Shown here in pieces: positions 11,409 through 22,189 of a stretch of DNA of 64,000 bases. The position numbers and the translations under genes were made by a program. Each line of letters begins with the position of its first letter. Position 1 is the stretch's first letter. The notes below the pieces were generated by a model. It made no database searches. It saw only the letters and a program-made list of their open reading frames with translations, and was not told the origin of the DNA. Origin of the DNA: Candidatus Nanopelagicales bacterium (lineage in GTDB: Bacteria; Actinomycetota; Actinomycetes; S36-B12); NCBI GenBank assembly GCA_017854795.1, contig JAFMHB010000001.1, positions 80,606 through 144,605 of the forward strand, in the 5' to 3' direction.

Positions 11409-11956
11409 GTCGGTCGGTGGTCCAAATCGGTATTGGTTGCAAATTTCCCGAGTTCAATTCGAGTGGCGTTATTTCTCGTAAGGTAATTCTTGGCTCCCAT
11501 GTCACCGGCAATCTCGTTTATTAGTGCTGACCAATGTTCACGCCCAATGACAACGGGGTGACCGATTTCGCCCTCGTAGGTTGCTTGAATGAGATCCCCT
11601 TGCGCGTCGGTAATCTCGGTGATGGCTGCGGCACTGAGTCCTATGTGATCCACGAGAGTGATGACGACTCGATCAAGTTGAGGTTCCTGGGTCAAGAGGA
11701 ATACAAGCCCGGCGCGCAAACTAGAGGACATGCCCAAAGAAAAGTCGGGATTTTCAATCACCGTTGCCTGCGGAACGTCACCAACCCATGCGCCGAGCAC
11801 AACATAAACATTGGTTAGTCCTGCTTCGCGCAGGATGCGAACACCACGATCAACGAGACGTTCACCTTCGAAAACGAATGGCGCTTTTGGCCCACCGAAT
11901 CTTTGGCCACTCCCTGCAGCAAGAACGAGACAGGCTGTATTGGCTAAATCGACCAT
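11405..11956 (-). CDS. MocA-like molybdenum cofactor cytidylyltransferase (NTP transferase)
   Basis: LAAGSGQRFGGPK, GMSSSLRAG, GHPV, GDMGA, DLD; Moco/cox context. Confidence 0.85.
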   Translation of the reverse strand: MVDLANTACLVLAAGSGQRFGGPKAPFVFEGERLVDRGVRILREAGLTNVYVVLGAWVGDVPQATVIENPDFSLGMSSSLRAGLVFLLTQEPQLDRVVITLVDHIGLSAAAITEITDAQGDLIQATYEGEIGHPVVIGREHWSALINEIAGDMGAKNYLTRNNATRIELGKFATNTDLDHRPT

Positions 11957-11978
11957 GCTCCACCATAATGAGCGGACT

Positions 11979-12404
11979 ATGCCAGCCGTTGTTCACCATG
12001 CCGAAGTGAGCGAGTCAGAGATCGATGCTCAGGCGATGAAAGCGCTGGTAAGTGATGCAACCACTGGAGCGGTTGTCTTATTCAGCGGAGATGTGAGAGA
12101 CCACGACCATGGGCGGAAGGTGGTTTCTTTGACCTATGAAGGTCACCCATCCGCACAGGAGGTTTTAGAAACGGTCGTCAATGACTTTGCGGCAGACTCA
12201 AACGTCACGGGAATTGCCGTGGTCCACAGGGTGGGTGAGATCCCAATTGGCCAGGCTGCATTGGTTGTAGTTGTGGCTAGTTCACACCGCGGTGATGCAT
12301 TTATAGCGGCGGGTGCTTTAGTTGACCTAGTAAAAGAGAAGCTTCCCGTGTGGAAGCACCAGTTTTTTGCCGATGGAACCGACGAGTGGGTGAATTGCGC
12401 GTGA
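11979..12404 (+). CDS. moaE: Molybdopterin synthase large subunit
   Basis: GAVVLFSGDVRDHD, HRVG, HRGDAF, KEKLPVWK. Confidence 0.95.
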   Translation: MPAVVHHAEVSESEIDAQAMKALVSDATTGAVVLFSGDVRDHDHGRKVVSLTYEGHPSAQEVLETVVNDFAADSNVTGIAVVHRVGEIPIGQAALVVVVASSHRGDAFIAAGALVDLVKEKLPVWKHQFFADGTDEWVNCA

Positions 12405-13408
12405 ATGGAACGAAACAACTCGTTGATACTTATGGTCGTGTGCATCGTGATTTGCGCGTGTCATTAACCGACCGTTGTTCATTGCGCTGCACCTACTGCA
12501 TGCCTGCGGATTTCTCGGACTGGATCGCGAACGACAAACTCCTGACAACTGATGAACTCGTCACGGTAATCGGACTCTGTGTTGAGGCTGGTATCACTCA
12601 GGTGCGACTGACGGGTGGTGAACCACTCTTGCGTCGTGACATTGTTGATGTAGTACGTCGAATAAACGAATTACCCCAACCGCCTCGTATTTCTCTAACA
12701 ACAAATGCACTGCGGTTGGCCGAGGTCGCTCAAGAGCTCAAAGACGCTGGGCTTGCGCGAGTCAATGTGTCACTGGACACGCTTGACCCAACACGATTTA
12801 ACGAGATGACTCACCGTGATCGATTCCATGACGTCATTGAAGGAATCGAGGCGGCAAAGGCGGCAGGTCTTACACCGCTCAAAGTTAATGCGGTCCTGCT
12901 CAAAGGAGTGAATGACGACGAAGCAATTCCTCTGCTGCGGCATGCATTAGCCAATGATTGGAATCTTCGATTCATCGAGCAAATGCCACTGGATGCCGGT
13001 GACCTGTGGGCTCGTCCAGTCATGGTCACGGCAGATGAAATCCAGAGCGAACTTGAACGTGAGTTTGAATTGACCCCTGTCCCAAGTCGAGGATCTGCGC
13101 CAGCGGAAGAGTTCTACGTTGACGGTGGGCCGGAAACAGTGGGGATTATCGCAAGTGTGACCAGACCGTTCTGTGCAGCATGTGACCGCTTGAGGTTGAC
13201 TGCCGATGGCCAATTTCGAAACTGCCTCTTCGCCCGTGACGAAACAGATGTGCGCGCGATTCTGCGCTCGGGCCTTCCTCAGTCAGATATCCATGCAGGA
13301 GTGCAGGCAATAATTGAGTCGGTTACTAAGTCAAAGTTACCGGGACATGGAATAAATGATCCTGGCTTCATCAAGCCTGACCGCCCCATGAGCGCAATTG
13401 GTGGATGA
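12401..13408 (+). CDS. moaA: GTP 3',8-cyclase
   Basis: LRVSLTDRCSLRCTYCMP, RLTGGEP, FCAACDRLR, C-terminal MSAIGG. Confidence 0.97.
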   Translation: MNGTKQLVDTYGRVHRDLRVSLTDRCSLRCTYCMPADFSDWIANDKLLTTDELVTVIGLCVEAGITQVRLTGGEPLLRRDIVDVVRRINELPQPPRISLTTNALRLAEVAQELKDAGLARVNVSLDTLDPTRFNEMTHRDRFHDVIEGIEAAKAAGLTPLKVNAVLLKGVNDDEAIPLLRHALANDWNLRFIEQMPLDAGDLWARPVMVTADEIQSELEREFELTPVPSRGSAPAEEFYVDGGPETVGIIASVTRPFCAACDRLRLTADGQFRNCLFARDETDVRAILRSGLPQSDIHAGVQAIIESVTKSKLPGHGINDPGFIKPDRPMSAIGG

Positions 13409-13410
13409 GT

Positions 13411-13653
13411 TTATCCGCCAGAAAATGGCGGCATAACATCAATGTGTTGCCCCGCACGAACATCGCAGTCGCCCGATCTTCCAAATGAATGACCGTCGAC
13501 AATGAAGGAACATTGAGGGATCACCGATGCCAAGCCAGGAATTTGTTGAATCAACTCTGCTTTAACTTCGACAAGGGATGCAGCTTCCACGGTGAGTGAA
13601 TTTTGCTGAGCTGCATGACGCGCCGCGGCATATAGATTTACCGTGACACTCAA
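13411..13653 (-). CDS. moaD: MoaD/ThiS sulfur carrier
   Basis: C-terminal MPPFSGG; TTG start overlaps the upstream TGA. Confidence 0.88.
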   Translation of the reverse strand: MSVTVNLYAAARHAAQQNSLTVEAASLVEVKAELIQQIPGLASVIPQCSFIVDGHSFGRSGDCDVRAGQHIDVMPPFSGG

Positions 13654-14753
13654 CGCGGGGCACCTGGGTGAATTGGCCCGCTTGTGCGCGCGAGTGGTTG
13701 ACCACCACCGCCCCAGCGGTGTTGAACGATCTCGGCGCAAATACTGATTGCGGTTTCTTCGGGAGTGCGAGCGCCAATATCGAGTCCAATTGGTGAATGT
13801 ATGCGCGCAAGTTCAGAATCGGAAACTCCAGCCTCTCGCAACCGGGTCACTCGATCTTCGTGGGTTCGCCGCGAACCCATTGCACCTATGTAGCCAGCTT
13901 TGGTTCCTAATGCGACCTTGAGAGCGGGGACATCAAACTTTGGATCGTGTGTGAGGACAGCGATAACGGTTCGTTCATCAACTTCCTGTTGTTCAAGCCA
14001 GCGGTGTGGCCAATCAACTACAACCTGATCGGCCTCAGGAAAACGTTTGACCGTGGCAAAAATTGGGCGAGCATCGCAGACTGTCACGACATAACCGAGC
14101 ACTTTGCCAACTCTCACCAGAGCTGCTGAAAAATCGATGGCACCAAAAACAAACATTTGCGCAGGCGGGGCAAAGCTCGCAACGAATACGGTTAATCCTT
14201 CACCGAGGCGTTCACCCTCGGGTCCATATTCAATTGTTCCCGTGAGCCCTGCGGCCAACATGCCCAGTGCATCGTCTCGAACCGTGTCATTGAGGCGATC
14301 CGTCCCCAGTGAACCAGCCGTTGAATCAGGGTGAATCACTAAGTGTCGGCCAACAAAATGGGGACCCTTGATGATCGTTGCGATACAAACGGGATCACCT
14401 CGGTCAATCCGAGCGGCTACCTCAGGCAGTTCTGGCCAGGTGTCTTGATTTACTGGCTCAATAAAAACTTCCAGAATTCCGCCACAGGTCAGTCCTACCG
14501 CAAAGGCATCATCGTCACTGACCCCGTAATGTTCGAATCGGGGAGTGCCGTCTGCGATTACTTCGTTGCAGACTTCAAAGAGAGCACCTTCAACACAGCC
14601 GCCGCTAACACTGCCAACAGCTTCACCTTCGGGTGTGACCAGCATCGATGCTCCAGCAGGTCTGGGAGCGGAGCGCCAAGTTTGGACAACGGTGGCCATC
14701 GCAGCGCCACCAGATTGATGAGCGGCTAATAGTTCAGTGATTACTTCTCGCAT
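13650..14753 (-). CDS. XdhC/CoxI-family Moco chaperone
   Basis: SAPRPAGASM, GSVSGGCVE, VGLTCGG, YIGAMGSR, PIGLDIGARTPEE. Confidence 0.93.
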   Translation of the reverse strand: MREVITELLAAHQSGGAAMATVVQTWRSAPRPAGASMLVTPEGEAVGSVSGGCVEGALFEVCNEVIADGTPRFEHYGVSDDDAFAVGLTCGGILEVFIEPVNQDTWPELPEVAARIDRGDPVCIATIIKGPHFVGRHLVIHPDSTAGSLGTDRLNDTVRDDALGMLAAGLTGTIEYGPEGERLGEGLTVFVASFAPPAQMFVFGAIDFSAALVRVGKVLGYVVTVCDARPIFATVKRFPEADQVVVDWPHRWLEQQEVDERTVIAVLTHDPKFDVPALKVALGTKAGYIGAMGSRRTHEDRVTRLREAGVSDSELARIHSPIGLDIGARTPEETAISICAEIVQHRWGGGGQPLARTSGPIHPGAPR

Positions 14754-14880
14754 CGTGATCCAAGTCTAAGTCCATTCCATGGAGTTATTCAAACAACTTG
14801 TATTGTGCCGCTGCTTGGCTATCATCCATTTATTCGCAATGGGTCGATATGGGAACCAAATTCAGGAAGAGGTGATTGAG

Positions 14881-15732
14881 TTGTATGACATCGCTTTGAG
14901 TGTCGCAGCATGTGTTCGTTCGGGCACACGAGCGGATGTTGCCTGGATGGTGTTGCCGAATGCATCCGATCAAGCATTGGCCTTAACCCCGGGTGGAGGA
15001 AGGATTGGCCGGTTAGCATCCGGCGCATTTGATGGTTTGCTGACCGACGCGGCAGCCCGGCGCCTATCCACTGGTCGTCTGGTGGACCATGTAGTGAGTG
15101 AGATGGAAAGCCTCATTTGCGAACTCCCCGCAGGAACCCCCGTGCAGTTCCTTGTAGTTCCCGCGGAACAGTTCCCATCCCAGACTTGGTCACTTTTACT
15201 TAATCACAGTTCTTTGGTTGTTGTAGCGTCAATGTCGAAAGATATGGTTACGGCTATAAATATTGAGCCCGGCGGCGCAGATGCGCGACCGTTGGTTAAC
15301 GTGGAAATTGATTCAATTACAACGGTTCTCGCCCCAACCCCCCGATTGATAGTTGCGGGAGGCGGACCTGTCGCCGACGCGCTCGCCGCGCAGGCCGCCC
15401 TAATTAAATGGAAGGTTGTCATTGAGCCGCGCCCCGATGCGGTGGCAGGGCTGGCCGCCACCCTGTCTCCGGTCGATTCTGTGGTTGTGTTGGGTCATGA
15501 TGTCGAAGTTTCATCGGGGTGCCTGATGGCCGCTTTGGGAAGTGATGCGGGGTACATAGGGGCGCTGGGTTCGGTGGCAATGCAGAACTCCCGGGCCGAC
15601 TGGCTCGCTTATCGTGATGTGACGGATTTGTCCAGAGTACATGGACCTGCAGGTCTTGATATCAATGCTGCCACGCCCGAAGAAATTGCGGTCGCGATTG
15701 TGGCCGAAGCAATCGCGGTTCATCGGCAATAA
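14881..15732 (+). CDS. Divergent XdhC-family protein
   Basis: C-terminal YIGALGS and HGPAGLDINAATPEEIA; N-terminal motif degenerate; start approximate. Confidence 0.8.
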   Translation: MYDIALSVAACVRSGTRADVAWMVLPNASDQALALTPGGGRIGRLASGAFDGLLTDAAARRLSTGRLVDHVVSEMESLICELPAGTPVQFLVVPAEQFPSQTWSLLLNHSSLVVVASMSKDMVTAINIEPGGADARPLVNVEIDSITTVLAPTPRLIVAGGGPVADALAAQAALIKWKVVIEPRPDAVAGLAATLSPVDSVVVLGHDVEVSSGCLMAALGSDAGYIGALGSVAMQNSRADWLAYRDVTDLSRVHGPAGLDINAATPEEIAVAIVAEAIAVHRQ

Positions 15733-15841
15733 AAAAATAATTTAGAATTTCCCTGCAAATCCTGCATCCGAGGCCTACGCTTGCAATACTTTCAACATCT
15801 GTCAGGTATCCATGGATGCAAGTGAGCTCAAGGGGTTAAAT

Positions 15842-16072
15842 ATGCCGGTTGAATCTTCAGGGCAGGAACGCGGAAACCCGCGAATGTTTGCTCTCATTGA
15901 AAACGCCCCGAAAACTGGCGCGAGCCCAACGGTGTGGGCTTTTCCACAGTTCGTTGAATTCCTGAAAGTTGCGGGCCAACCCGTTCAAGGCCCTTGGCCG
16001 CCGCACCAAGAGCCACGCCCTGATCCCGATGCAGATTCCATGCCAACAGCAGTCCCCGACAGCGGTCGCTAA
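15842..16072 (+). CDS. Small hypothetical protein leading the coxMSL operon
   Basis: AAGGGG SD before ATG 15842; stop 16 nt before coxM. Confidence 0.6.
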   Translation: MPVESSGQERGNPRMFALIENAPKTGASPTVWAFPQFVEFLKVAGQPVQGPWPPHQEPRPDPDADSMPTAVPDSGR

Positions 16073-16088
16073 GAGAGGAAAGGAACGA

Positions 16089-16961
16089 ATGTATCCGTCA
16101 CGATTTTCCTACGACGCACCAACTTCGGTCGAAGAAGTTATTGCGATACTTGACCAAAATGGCGGTGAGGCAAAAGTATTAGCAGGAGGACAGAGCCTGA
16201 TCCCGATGCTAAAACTTCGCTTCGCATCTCCAGCGCGCGTGGTCGACATAAACGGGATTCCCGGTCTGGAGTACCACCGCGTTGATCCCGACGGGACGTT
16301 GCGCATTGGAGCCTTATGTCGACACGAGGATTTGGAATTTAGCAAAATTCTTGGAAATTTCCCCACGTTGTCTCAGGCATCCTCTCTTGTGGCAGATCCA
16401 ATCGTGCGTACGCGCGGAACTTTTGTTGGTTCACTGTGCCACGCTGACCCGCAGGGTGATTGGTCCGCAACAATGATTGCCCTTGGAGGAAAAATCATTG
16501 CACAGGGACCAAATGGTCGCAGGGAAATTAAAGCACGTGACTTCGTCCTAGGGCCATTTGTCAATGCCCTCGCGTTTAATGAGGTTGCCGTAGAAGCGAT
16601 CGTTCCGCCGGCTAAGGGGAAGGCTCTCGGCGGTTACTTAAAGTTGGAGCGTCGCGTCGGTGACTTCGCCACTGCTTCGGTTGCAGTGGCCCTGGACGTT
16701 GACGGTGACATTGTGACGCGTGCCGGCTGTGCACTTGCTGGAGTCGGTGGCCGGACCATTGATGCAAATGATGCAATCTCAGTATTGGTGGGTAAGTCCT
16801 TGAATTCGGAGAGCATTAAAGAAGCGGCCGAGGCAGTTGCTGCTGCAGCGGAACCGCGCACCGATCACAGGGGATCTTCTTCATATAAGCGCCACATCGT
16901 GGAAACATTTGTCACCCGGATTCTGTCCAACATTGCCAACAGCGAGCAGAAAGCAGCCTGA
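16089..16961 (+). CDS. coxM: CO dehydrogenase medium (FAD) subunit
   Basis: [39 protein letters not shown]. Confidence 0.93.
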   Translation: MYPSRFSYDAPTSVEEVIAILDQNGGEAKVLAGGQSLIPMLKLRFASPARVVDINGIPGLEYHRVDPDGTLRIGALCRHEDLEFSKILGNFPTLSQASSLVADPIVRTRGTFVGSLCHADPQGDWSATMIALGGKIIAQGPNGRREIKARDFVLGPFVNALAFNEVAVEAIVPPAKGKALGGYLKLERRVGDFATASVAVALDVDGDIVTRAGCALAGVGGRTIDANDAISVLVGKSLNSESIKEAAEAVAAAAEPRTDHRGSSSYKRHIVETFVTRILSNIANSEQKAA

Positions 16962-16963
16962 AC

Positions 16964-17497
16964 ATGACTAGCCTCTATGACGAAGTACAGGCAGCGCCTG
17001 CTGCAGGAGTGGAAGTTCGCCGGATCACGGTAAATGTAAACGGAACGGATAGAACCGTTGATGTGGAACCACGACTCCTCCTCGCGCACCTGTTGCGCCA
17101 AGCATTGCAACTCACTGGAACGCACAGTGGTTGCGACACGTCCGGTTGCGGCGCATGTACGGTGTTGATGGATGGCCGTCCCGTTAAGAGCTGCACCGTA
17201 TTAGCGGTTCAGGCAAACGGTCGAGAAGTCGAAACGGTGGAAGGCCTTGCTACCGCAAGCGAATTGCACCCTATTCAAGAAGGATTCAAAGAGGAGCACG
17301 GTCTCCAATGCGGGTTCTGCACTCCCGGCATGATGCTCTCAGCCAAGGCGCTGCTGGAACGAAATCCCGATCCAACCGAGGATGAAGTTCGTTGGGCATT
17401 GTCTGGCAACCTGTGCCGCTGCACCGGCTACCAAAACATCGTTAAGTCAGTTCTTTGGGCTGCAAAGAAAATGCGCGAACAAAACCAGGAGGCATGA
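16964..17497 (+). CDS. coxS: CO dehydrogenase small (2Fe-2S) subunit
   Basis: [29 protein letters not shown]. Confidence 0.95.
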   Translation: MTSLYDEVQAAPAAGVEVRRITVNVNGTDRTVDVEPRLLLAHLLRQALQLTGTHSGCDTSGCGACTVLMDGRPVKSCTVLAVQANGREVETVEGLATASELHPIQEGFKEEHGLQCGFCTPGMMLSAKALLERNPDPTEDEVRWALSGNLCRCTGYQNIVKSVLWAAKKMREQNQEA

Positions 17498-19878
17498 TGG
17501 CACCGCTCGACGAACTCAAAATTGGTGGCATGGGTGCGAGTCGCCGCCGTGTAGAAGACAACCGTTTCATCCGTGGTAAGGGTCGTTACGTTGATGACAT
17601 TGTATTGCCCGGAATGTTGCACGTGGAAATTCTGCGCAGCCCAGTGGCACACGCCCGCATTAAATCTATTGATACCAGTGCGGCTTGGGAGGTTCCCGGA
17701 GTTCGACTTGTCATGACCGGAGAGACCATGGCTGCTCGAAACCTGGCCTGGATGCCAACCCTTTCTTATGACACACAAGCAGTGCTCGCAACAGACAAGG
17801 TTCGTTTTCAGGGACAAGAGGTCGCAGCGGTTGTTGCAGACAACCCGTACATCGCCAGAGATGCACTCGACAAGATCGTGGTTGAATACGAACAGTTACC
17901 GGTTATTGTTAATCCGATTCAGGCTCAGAGCCCCGACGCACCCCTGATCCGCGACGACAAAGAGAACCAAACGTCAAATAAGATCTTCGATTGGGAGATT
18001 GGCGACAAGGAAGCAACCGACCGAGCTTTTGCGCAGGCAGATGTCGTGTCAAAGATTGATCTGCACTATCCCCGCTCTCATCCGTCCCCATTAGAAACCT
18101 GTGGCTCAATCGCGGATTATGATCGATCCAGCGGGAAATTAACCGTCTACATGACTTCGCAGGCACCTCACATTGTTCGAGCTGCGGTGGCCATGGTTGC
18201 TGAGTTACCTGAGCACATGATCCGGATTATCTCCCCCGATCTTGGTGGCGGATTTGGAAATAAAGTTCCCATCTATCCGGGATACGTTATTTCGATTCTT
18301 GCGTCAATCCTGACTGAACGCCCCGTCAAGTGGGTTGAAGACAAATCAAGTAACTTAATTTCTACCGGTTTTGGTCGCGATGTTTATCTTGAAGGAGAGT
18401 TGGCCCTTCGAAAAGATGGAAAAATCCTCGGAATGCGCATGCACACGATTTCTGATCACGGTGCCTTTTTCGCTGATGCTCAACCTACGAAGTTCAAAAT
18501 TGGTTTGATGCACTCAACATTTGCCTGCTATGACATACCTACCGGTCACCTTGTCAGTGAGGGCTACTACACGAACAAGGCTCCGGGAGGTGTGGCATAT
18601 CGATGCTCATTCAGGGTCACCGAAGCTATGTTTTTCCAAGAGCGAATGATGCATGCAGCGGCAAATGACCTCGGCATGGATCAAGCAGAGTTCCGTCGAG
18701 TGAACTTGGTCCGCGACGACATGTTCCCGTATCGCACCGCTTTTGGTTTCCTCACCGATTCCGGTCAGTACGAAAAATGCCTCGATGTTGGATTGGAGGC
18801 AATCGGGTACAGCACCTTCAAGCAGGAGCAAGAAGAAGCTCGTAAGCGCGGCAAGTTACTCGGTATTGGAATTTCAACCATGACCGAACCACTTGGTGCG
18901 GGAAATAGTCGGGAATACGACATCATCGGTATCAAGATGTTTGACTCCGCTGAATTGCGCGTGCACATGACAGGTAAGGCAATCCTGCGAACGGGCGCGA
19001 AGACTCAAGGCCAGGGTCACGAGACAACGTGGGCGCAAATCGTGGCCCACGAACTCGGAATTCCTGCCGACGACATTGTTGTGGAAGAAGGCGATACTGA
19101 CACGGCGCCGTTCGGAATGGGAACCTACGCATCTCGATCAACACCGGTCGCTGGTGCTGCCGTCGCTATGGCTTCTCGCAAGATTCGGGCTAAGGCACGC
19201 AAAATCGCAGCCCACCTTCTTGAGGTTTCTGAAGAGGATATTGAGTGGGAGTTAGGGCGGTTTTACGTTCGCGGTAATCAAGAACGCGGCGTGACCATTC
19301 AGGATTGTGCACTCGCCGCCTATAGCAATGTGCCAGACGGTCTGGAACCGGGATTAGAAAATACTTCGTACTACGATCCCCCCAACTTGACCTGGCCATT
19401 CGCAGCCTATTTCTGCAAAGTAGAAGTCGATGCACAAACTGGCGTATGGGATGTCTTGAACTTCGTTGCCGTGGACGACTGTGGTGTGCGAATCAACCCA
19501 ATGATTGTCGAAGGGCAGGTAATGGGTGGACTCACCGAGGCATACGCCATGGCGAACATGCAGTACATGACTTTCGACGAAGAAGGTAACTGCATTGGAG
19601 CTAACTACATGGACTACCTAATCCCCACTTCGTGGGAGACTCCTGGTTTTGAGTTGCATGAAGTGGTCACTCCGTGCCCGCACCATCCAATTGGGGCTAA
19701 GGGTGTTGGCGAATGCGCAACGGTGGCGGGGCCCGCCGCGTTCGTGAATGCTGTGATGAGTGCCATTGAGCACACAGGTGTTCGCAATGTTGACATGCCA
19801 CTCATGCCAAACCGTGTTTACCAGGCGCTGCAAACGGGGCAAGATGTCTCGGGAATGCCACCGGTTCTGAGCGACTAA
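17494..19878 (+). CDS. coxL: Aerobic CO dehydrogenase large subunit, form I
   Basis: Form I signature AYRCSFR at 18595-18615; GGGFGNK, QGQGHET, GAKGVGE; M-S-L order. Confidence 0.97.
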   Translation: MMAPLDELKIGGMGASRRRVEDNRFIRGKGRYVDDIVLPGMLHVEILRSPVAHARIKSIDTSAAWEVPGVRLVMTGETMAARNLAWMPTLSYDTQAVLATDKVRFQGQEVAAVVADNPYIARDALDKIVVEYEQLPVIVNPIQAQSPDAPLIRDDKENQTSNKIFDWEIGDKEATDRAFAQADVVSKIDLHYPRSHPSPLETCGSIADYDRSSGKLTVYMTSQAPHIVRAAVAMVAELPEHMIRIISPDLGGGFGNKVPIYPGYVISILASILTERPVKWVEDKSSNLISTGFGRDVYLEGELALRKDGKILGMRMHTISDHGAFFADAQPTKFKIGLMHSTFACYDIPTGHLVSEGYYTNKAPGGVAYRCSFRVTEAMFFQERMMHAAANDLGMDQAEFRRVNLVRDDMFPYRTAFGFLTDSGQYEKCLDVGLEAIGYSTFKQEQEEARKRGKLLGIGISTMTEPLGAGNSREYDIIGIKMFDSAELRVHMTGKAILRTGAKTQGQGHETTWAQIVAHELGIPADDIVVEEGDTDTAPFGMGTYASRSTPVAGAAVAMASRKIRAKARKIAAHLLEVSEEDIEWELGRFYVRGNQERGVTIQDCALAAYSNVPDGLEPGLENTSYYDPPNLTWPFAAYFCKVEVDAQTGVWDVLNFVAVDDCGVRINPMIVEGQVMGGLTEAYAMANMQYMTFDEEGNCIGANYMDYLIPTSWETPGFELHEVVTPCPHHPIGAKGVGECATVAGPAAFVNAVMSAIEHTGVRNVDMPLMPNRVYQALQTGQDVSGMPPVLSD

Positions 19879-19879
19879 C

Positions 19880-20836
19880 ATGAAGGAAACGATCAGCGGT
19901 ATGGACGTCATGGAACTTGCGGTTCAACTCGCACGCACCGGGCAGTCCTATGCGCTTGCCACAGTTGTTTGGCGTAAGCCGCCTTCGTCGGGCCAACATG
20001 GTTCAAAAGCGGTGATCACCGCAGATGGTCAACTTCACGGCTGGATCGGTGGCGCATGTGCCGAGCCGGTTGTGATCCGAGAAGCAAAAAAAGTTCTTGC
20101 TGCAGGCGAGCCCTCTTTGATCTGGCTTGGTCAAGATGCTGATTTTGCTGGAATGCATGTCCCTGAGGGGGTCCTGACAATCCCCATGTCATGCCAAAGT
20201 GAAGGGGCACTACAGCTCTATATTGAGCCTGTTCTCGTGGCACCCGAAGTGGTGATTGTTGGGCGCTCACCCATGGCCATGACCCTGTTGGAATTAGTTC
20301 GCGGCGTTGGCTGGCAGGGCGAGTTAATCGATGGGTCGGCGTTCACTGCGGAAATGGTGCATTCGGGCAGCATCGTGATTGTGGCTACACAGGGGCACGG
20401 CGATGAAGAAGTTTTGGAGACTGCCTTGGGCGAAAGCCCCGCATTTGTTGGGCTGGTGGCCTCGGCCAAACGCGGTGAAGCAGTTCAGGGTTACCTGTTG
20501 GATCGTGGCGTATCACCGGAAAAATTGTCAACCGTTCACGTCCCGGTGGGCCTTGACTTGGGACACACCACGCACCGCGAAATAGCTGTGGCGATCCTCG
20601 GCGAATTAGTCCAAAGGCGCGCAGCGGGAGAATTACGACCGGTATCGATGAATCCTTCGATCAAGACCGAACCTGAAGAGGTTATTGACCTGGTCTGCAA
20701 TATGACGGTTGCCGCAGTCCCAGAAAACAGGCCATTCGATTATGACGGAGTTACGTACTACTTCTGCGCACCCGGGTGTCGGGTCGCGTTTGAAAAAGAT
20801 CCAGAAAAATTCATCAAGCGGGAGGTCACATGTTAA
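19880..20836 (+). CDS. XdhC/CoxF-family protein fused to a C-terminal YHS domain
   Basis: GWIGGACAE, MSCQSEG, PVGLDLG; DLVCNMTV...YYFCAPGC..AFEKDP. Confidence 0.88.
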   Translation: MKETISGMDVMELAVQLARTGQSYALATVVWRKPPSSGQHGSKAVITADGQLHGWIGGACAEPVVIREAKKVLAAGEPSLIWLGQDADFAGMHVPEGVLTIPMSCQSEGALQLYIEPVLVAPEVVIVGRSPMAMTLLELVRGVGWQGELIDGSAFTAEMVHSGSIVIVATQGHGDEEVLETALGESPAFVGLVASAKRGEAVQGYLLDRGVSPEKLSTVHVPVGLDLGHTTHREIAVAILGELVQRRAAGELRPVSMNPSIKTEPEEVIDLVCNMTVAAVPENRPFDYDGVTYYFCAPGCRVAFEKDPEKFIKREVTC

Positions 20837-21417
20837 TTACCCAAACCTTCGACATGGATCAGCCAGTCGAACAAGTGTGGAATTTCTTCGATGACATTCC
20901 CCTAGTTGCTATGTGCATTCCGGGTGCGGACCTCACTGAAAAGGTAAGTGACGACGAATACCGTGGAGATGTCACAATCTCGGCCGGTCCGGTGAAGTTG
21001 GAGTTCACCGGAGTAGTCAAAATTAAGAGCCGCGACGACGCCCGGAAGGTGATCGTGCTCGATGCTTCCGGCGCGGATAAAAAGGGTCGTGGGTCAGCTA
21101 GCGCAATGCTTGACATCTCTCTCGTTCCACTTGGTGGCCAGACGAGGGTAAATATGAGCATGGACCTTGCCATTTCAGGCGCCGCGGCTCAATACGGTCG
21201 CGGATTGGTAAAGGACTTCACCGGGGTTCTTGTAACCCAAACCGCGGGATCCATGAAAATGCGGATGACCGCGATCGCCGAGGGTCGCGATCCGATGTCA
21301 GTTGGGGGACCCAAGGCGGCCAGTGGTCTTGCAATCGGTTTCAGTGCATTTTCTATGGCTGCAAAACGGGTGTTCGCACGTTTCTTCCTGCCCTATCAAT
21401 CGGCACCTAGCCGTTAG
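20830..21417 (+). CDS. coxG: CoxG (SRPBCC/START fold)
   Basis: VWNFFDDIPLVAMCIPGA, GPVKLEF, GAAAQYGRG. Confidence 0.9.
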   Translation: MLITQTFDMDQPVEQVWNFFDDIPLVAMCIPGADLTEKVSDDEYRGDVTISAGPVKLEFTGVVKIKSRDDARKVIVLDASGADKKGRGSASAMLDISLVPLGGQTRVNMSMDLAISGAAAQYGRGLVKDFTGVLVTQTAGSMKMRMTAIAEGRDPMSVGGPKAASGLAIGFSAFSMAAKRVFARFFLPYQSAPSR

Positions 21418-21433
21418 TCCGGAGGTAAATTAG

Positions 21434-21688
21434 ATGAGTCTATGGATGCTGGGAAATCTTATTCTCCTGATTGTGGTGGTGCCATTGCTTGTGGCCCTGC
21501 TTAACCGGTTACTGGCAGCGCTCGAGCAAATTCGAGCTGCGGCGCAAGACACGCTTTCTGGTGGTGTTGCACTCATTGGTGCGTTGCACAACACGCCAGC
21601 GTTACTTGCAACAACAGATGATGTAATAAAAGAAGTAGCCAACGGTGCGGTGCGCTATGCCGGTCCGGTTTCTAAGTTGCTGGGATAG
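21434..21688 (+). CDS. Small single-TM helical protein A (cox-associated, unknown function)
   Basis: GGAGG SD; N-terminal TM plus amphipathic helix. Confidence 0.8.
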   Translation: MSLWMLGNLILLIVVVPLLVALLNRLLAALEQIRAAAQDTLSGGVALIGALHNTPALLATTDDVIKEVANGAVRYAGPVSKLLG

Positions 21689-21696
21689 GAGAAGTT

Positions 21697-21924
21697 ATGC
21701 CAATTGATGCAGTTATTACGCTCATTCTCGGGGCACTGATTATCGGTGCCGCTGCACTCGGTCTCGCGCGCGCGATAGGTCACCTTGCCGCGACTGAGAA
21801 GACCTTGGACACGCTCGACGGTGGAGTTCAGGTGATTGCTGCCCAGACCTCGACCGTTGTTCCGGTTGTCGCATCAGTTAATGCCAGTTTGGCCCCTGTC
21901 CGCGACTTTGCCAATTCGATTTAA
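21697..21924 (+). CDS. Small single-TM helical protein B (cox-associated)
   Basis: AGGAG SD; TM plus heptad-like helix. Confidence 0.8.
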   Translation: MPIDAVITLILGALIIGAAALGLARAIGHLAATEKTLDTLDGGVQVIAAQTSTVVPVVASVNASLAPVRDFANSI

Positions 21925-21933
21925 GGAGGGTTC

Positions 21934-22188
21934 ATGGATTTCGCTGGACATGAAGGTTGGCTAATCGGTTACATCATTGGCCTTGTTGTCGTTCTCGTTG
22001 TTGTTGCGCTCGTTATTCCGATTCTGGTAATTGCATGGAAAATCGGTACGCAGGCTGGCAAAATTCTAACGGGGTTGGAGCAAGCTGAGACAAATACAGC
22101 TGGACTTGCCGGCCTCAACGAAACAATAACATCTGCATTGGCAGTCATCGCTGGGCTAAAACGCGGCCGTACAAGGTTAGGAGGATGA
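21934..22188 (+). CDS. Small single-TM helical protein C (cox-associated)
   Basis: AAGGAGG SD; TM plus helix with NT motif. Confidence 0.8.
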   Translation: MDFAGHEGWLIGYIIGLVVVLVVVALVIPILVIAWKIGTQAGKILTGLEQAETNTAGLAGLNETITSALAVIAGLKRGRTRLGG

Positions 22189-22189
22189 C

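Noticed and set aside
17494..19878. Form II CODH-like or xanthine dehydrogenase assignment
   Set aside because: AYRCSFR (not AYRGAGR) and M-S-L order indicate form I.
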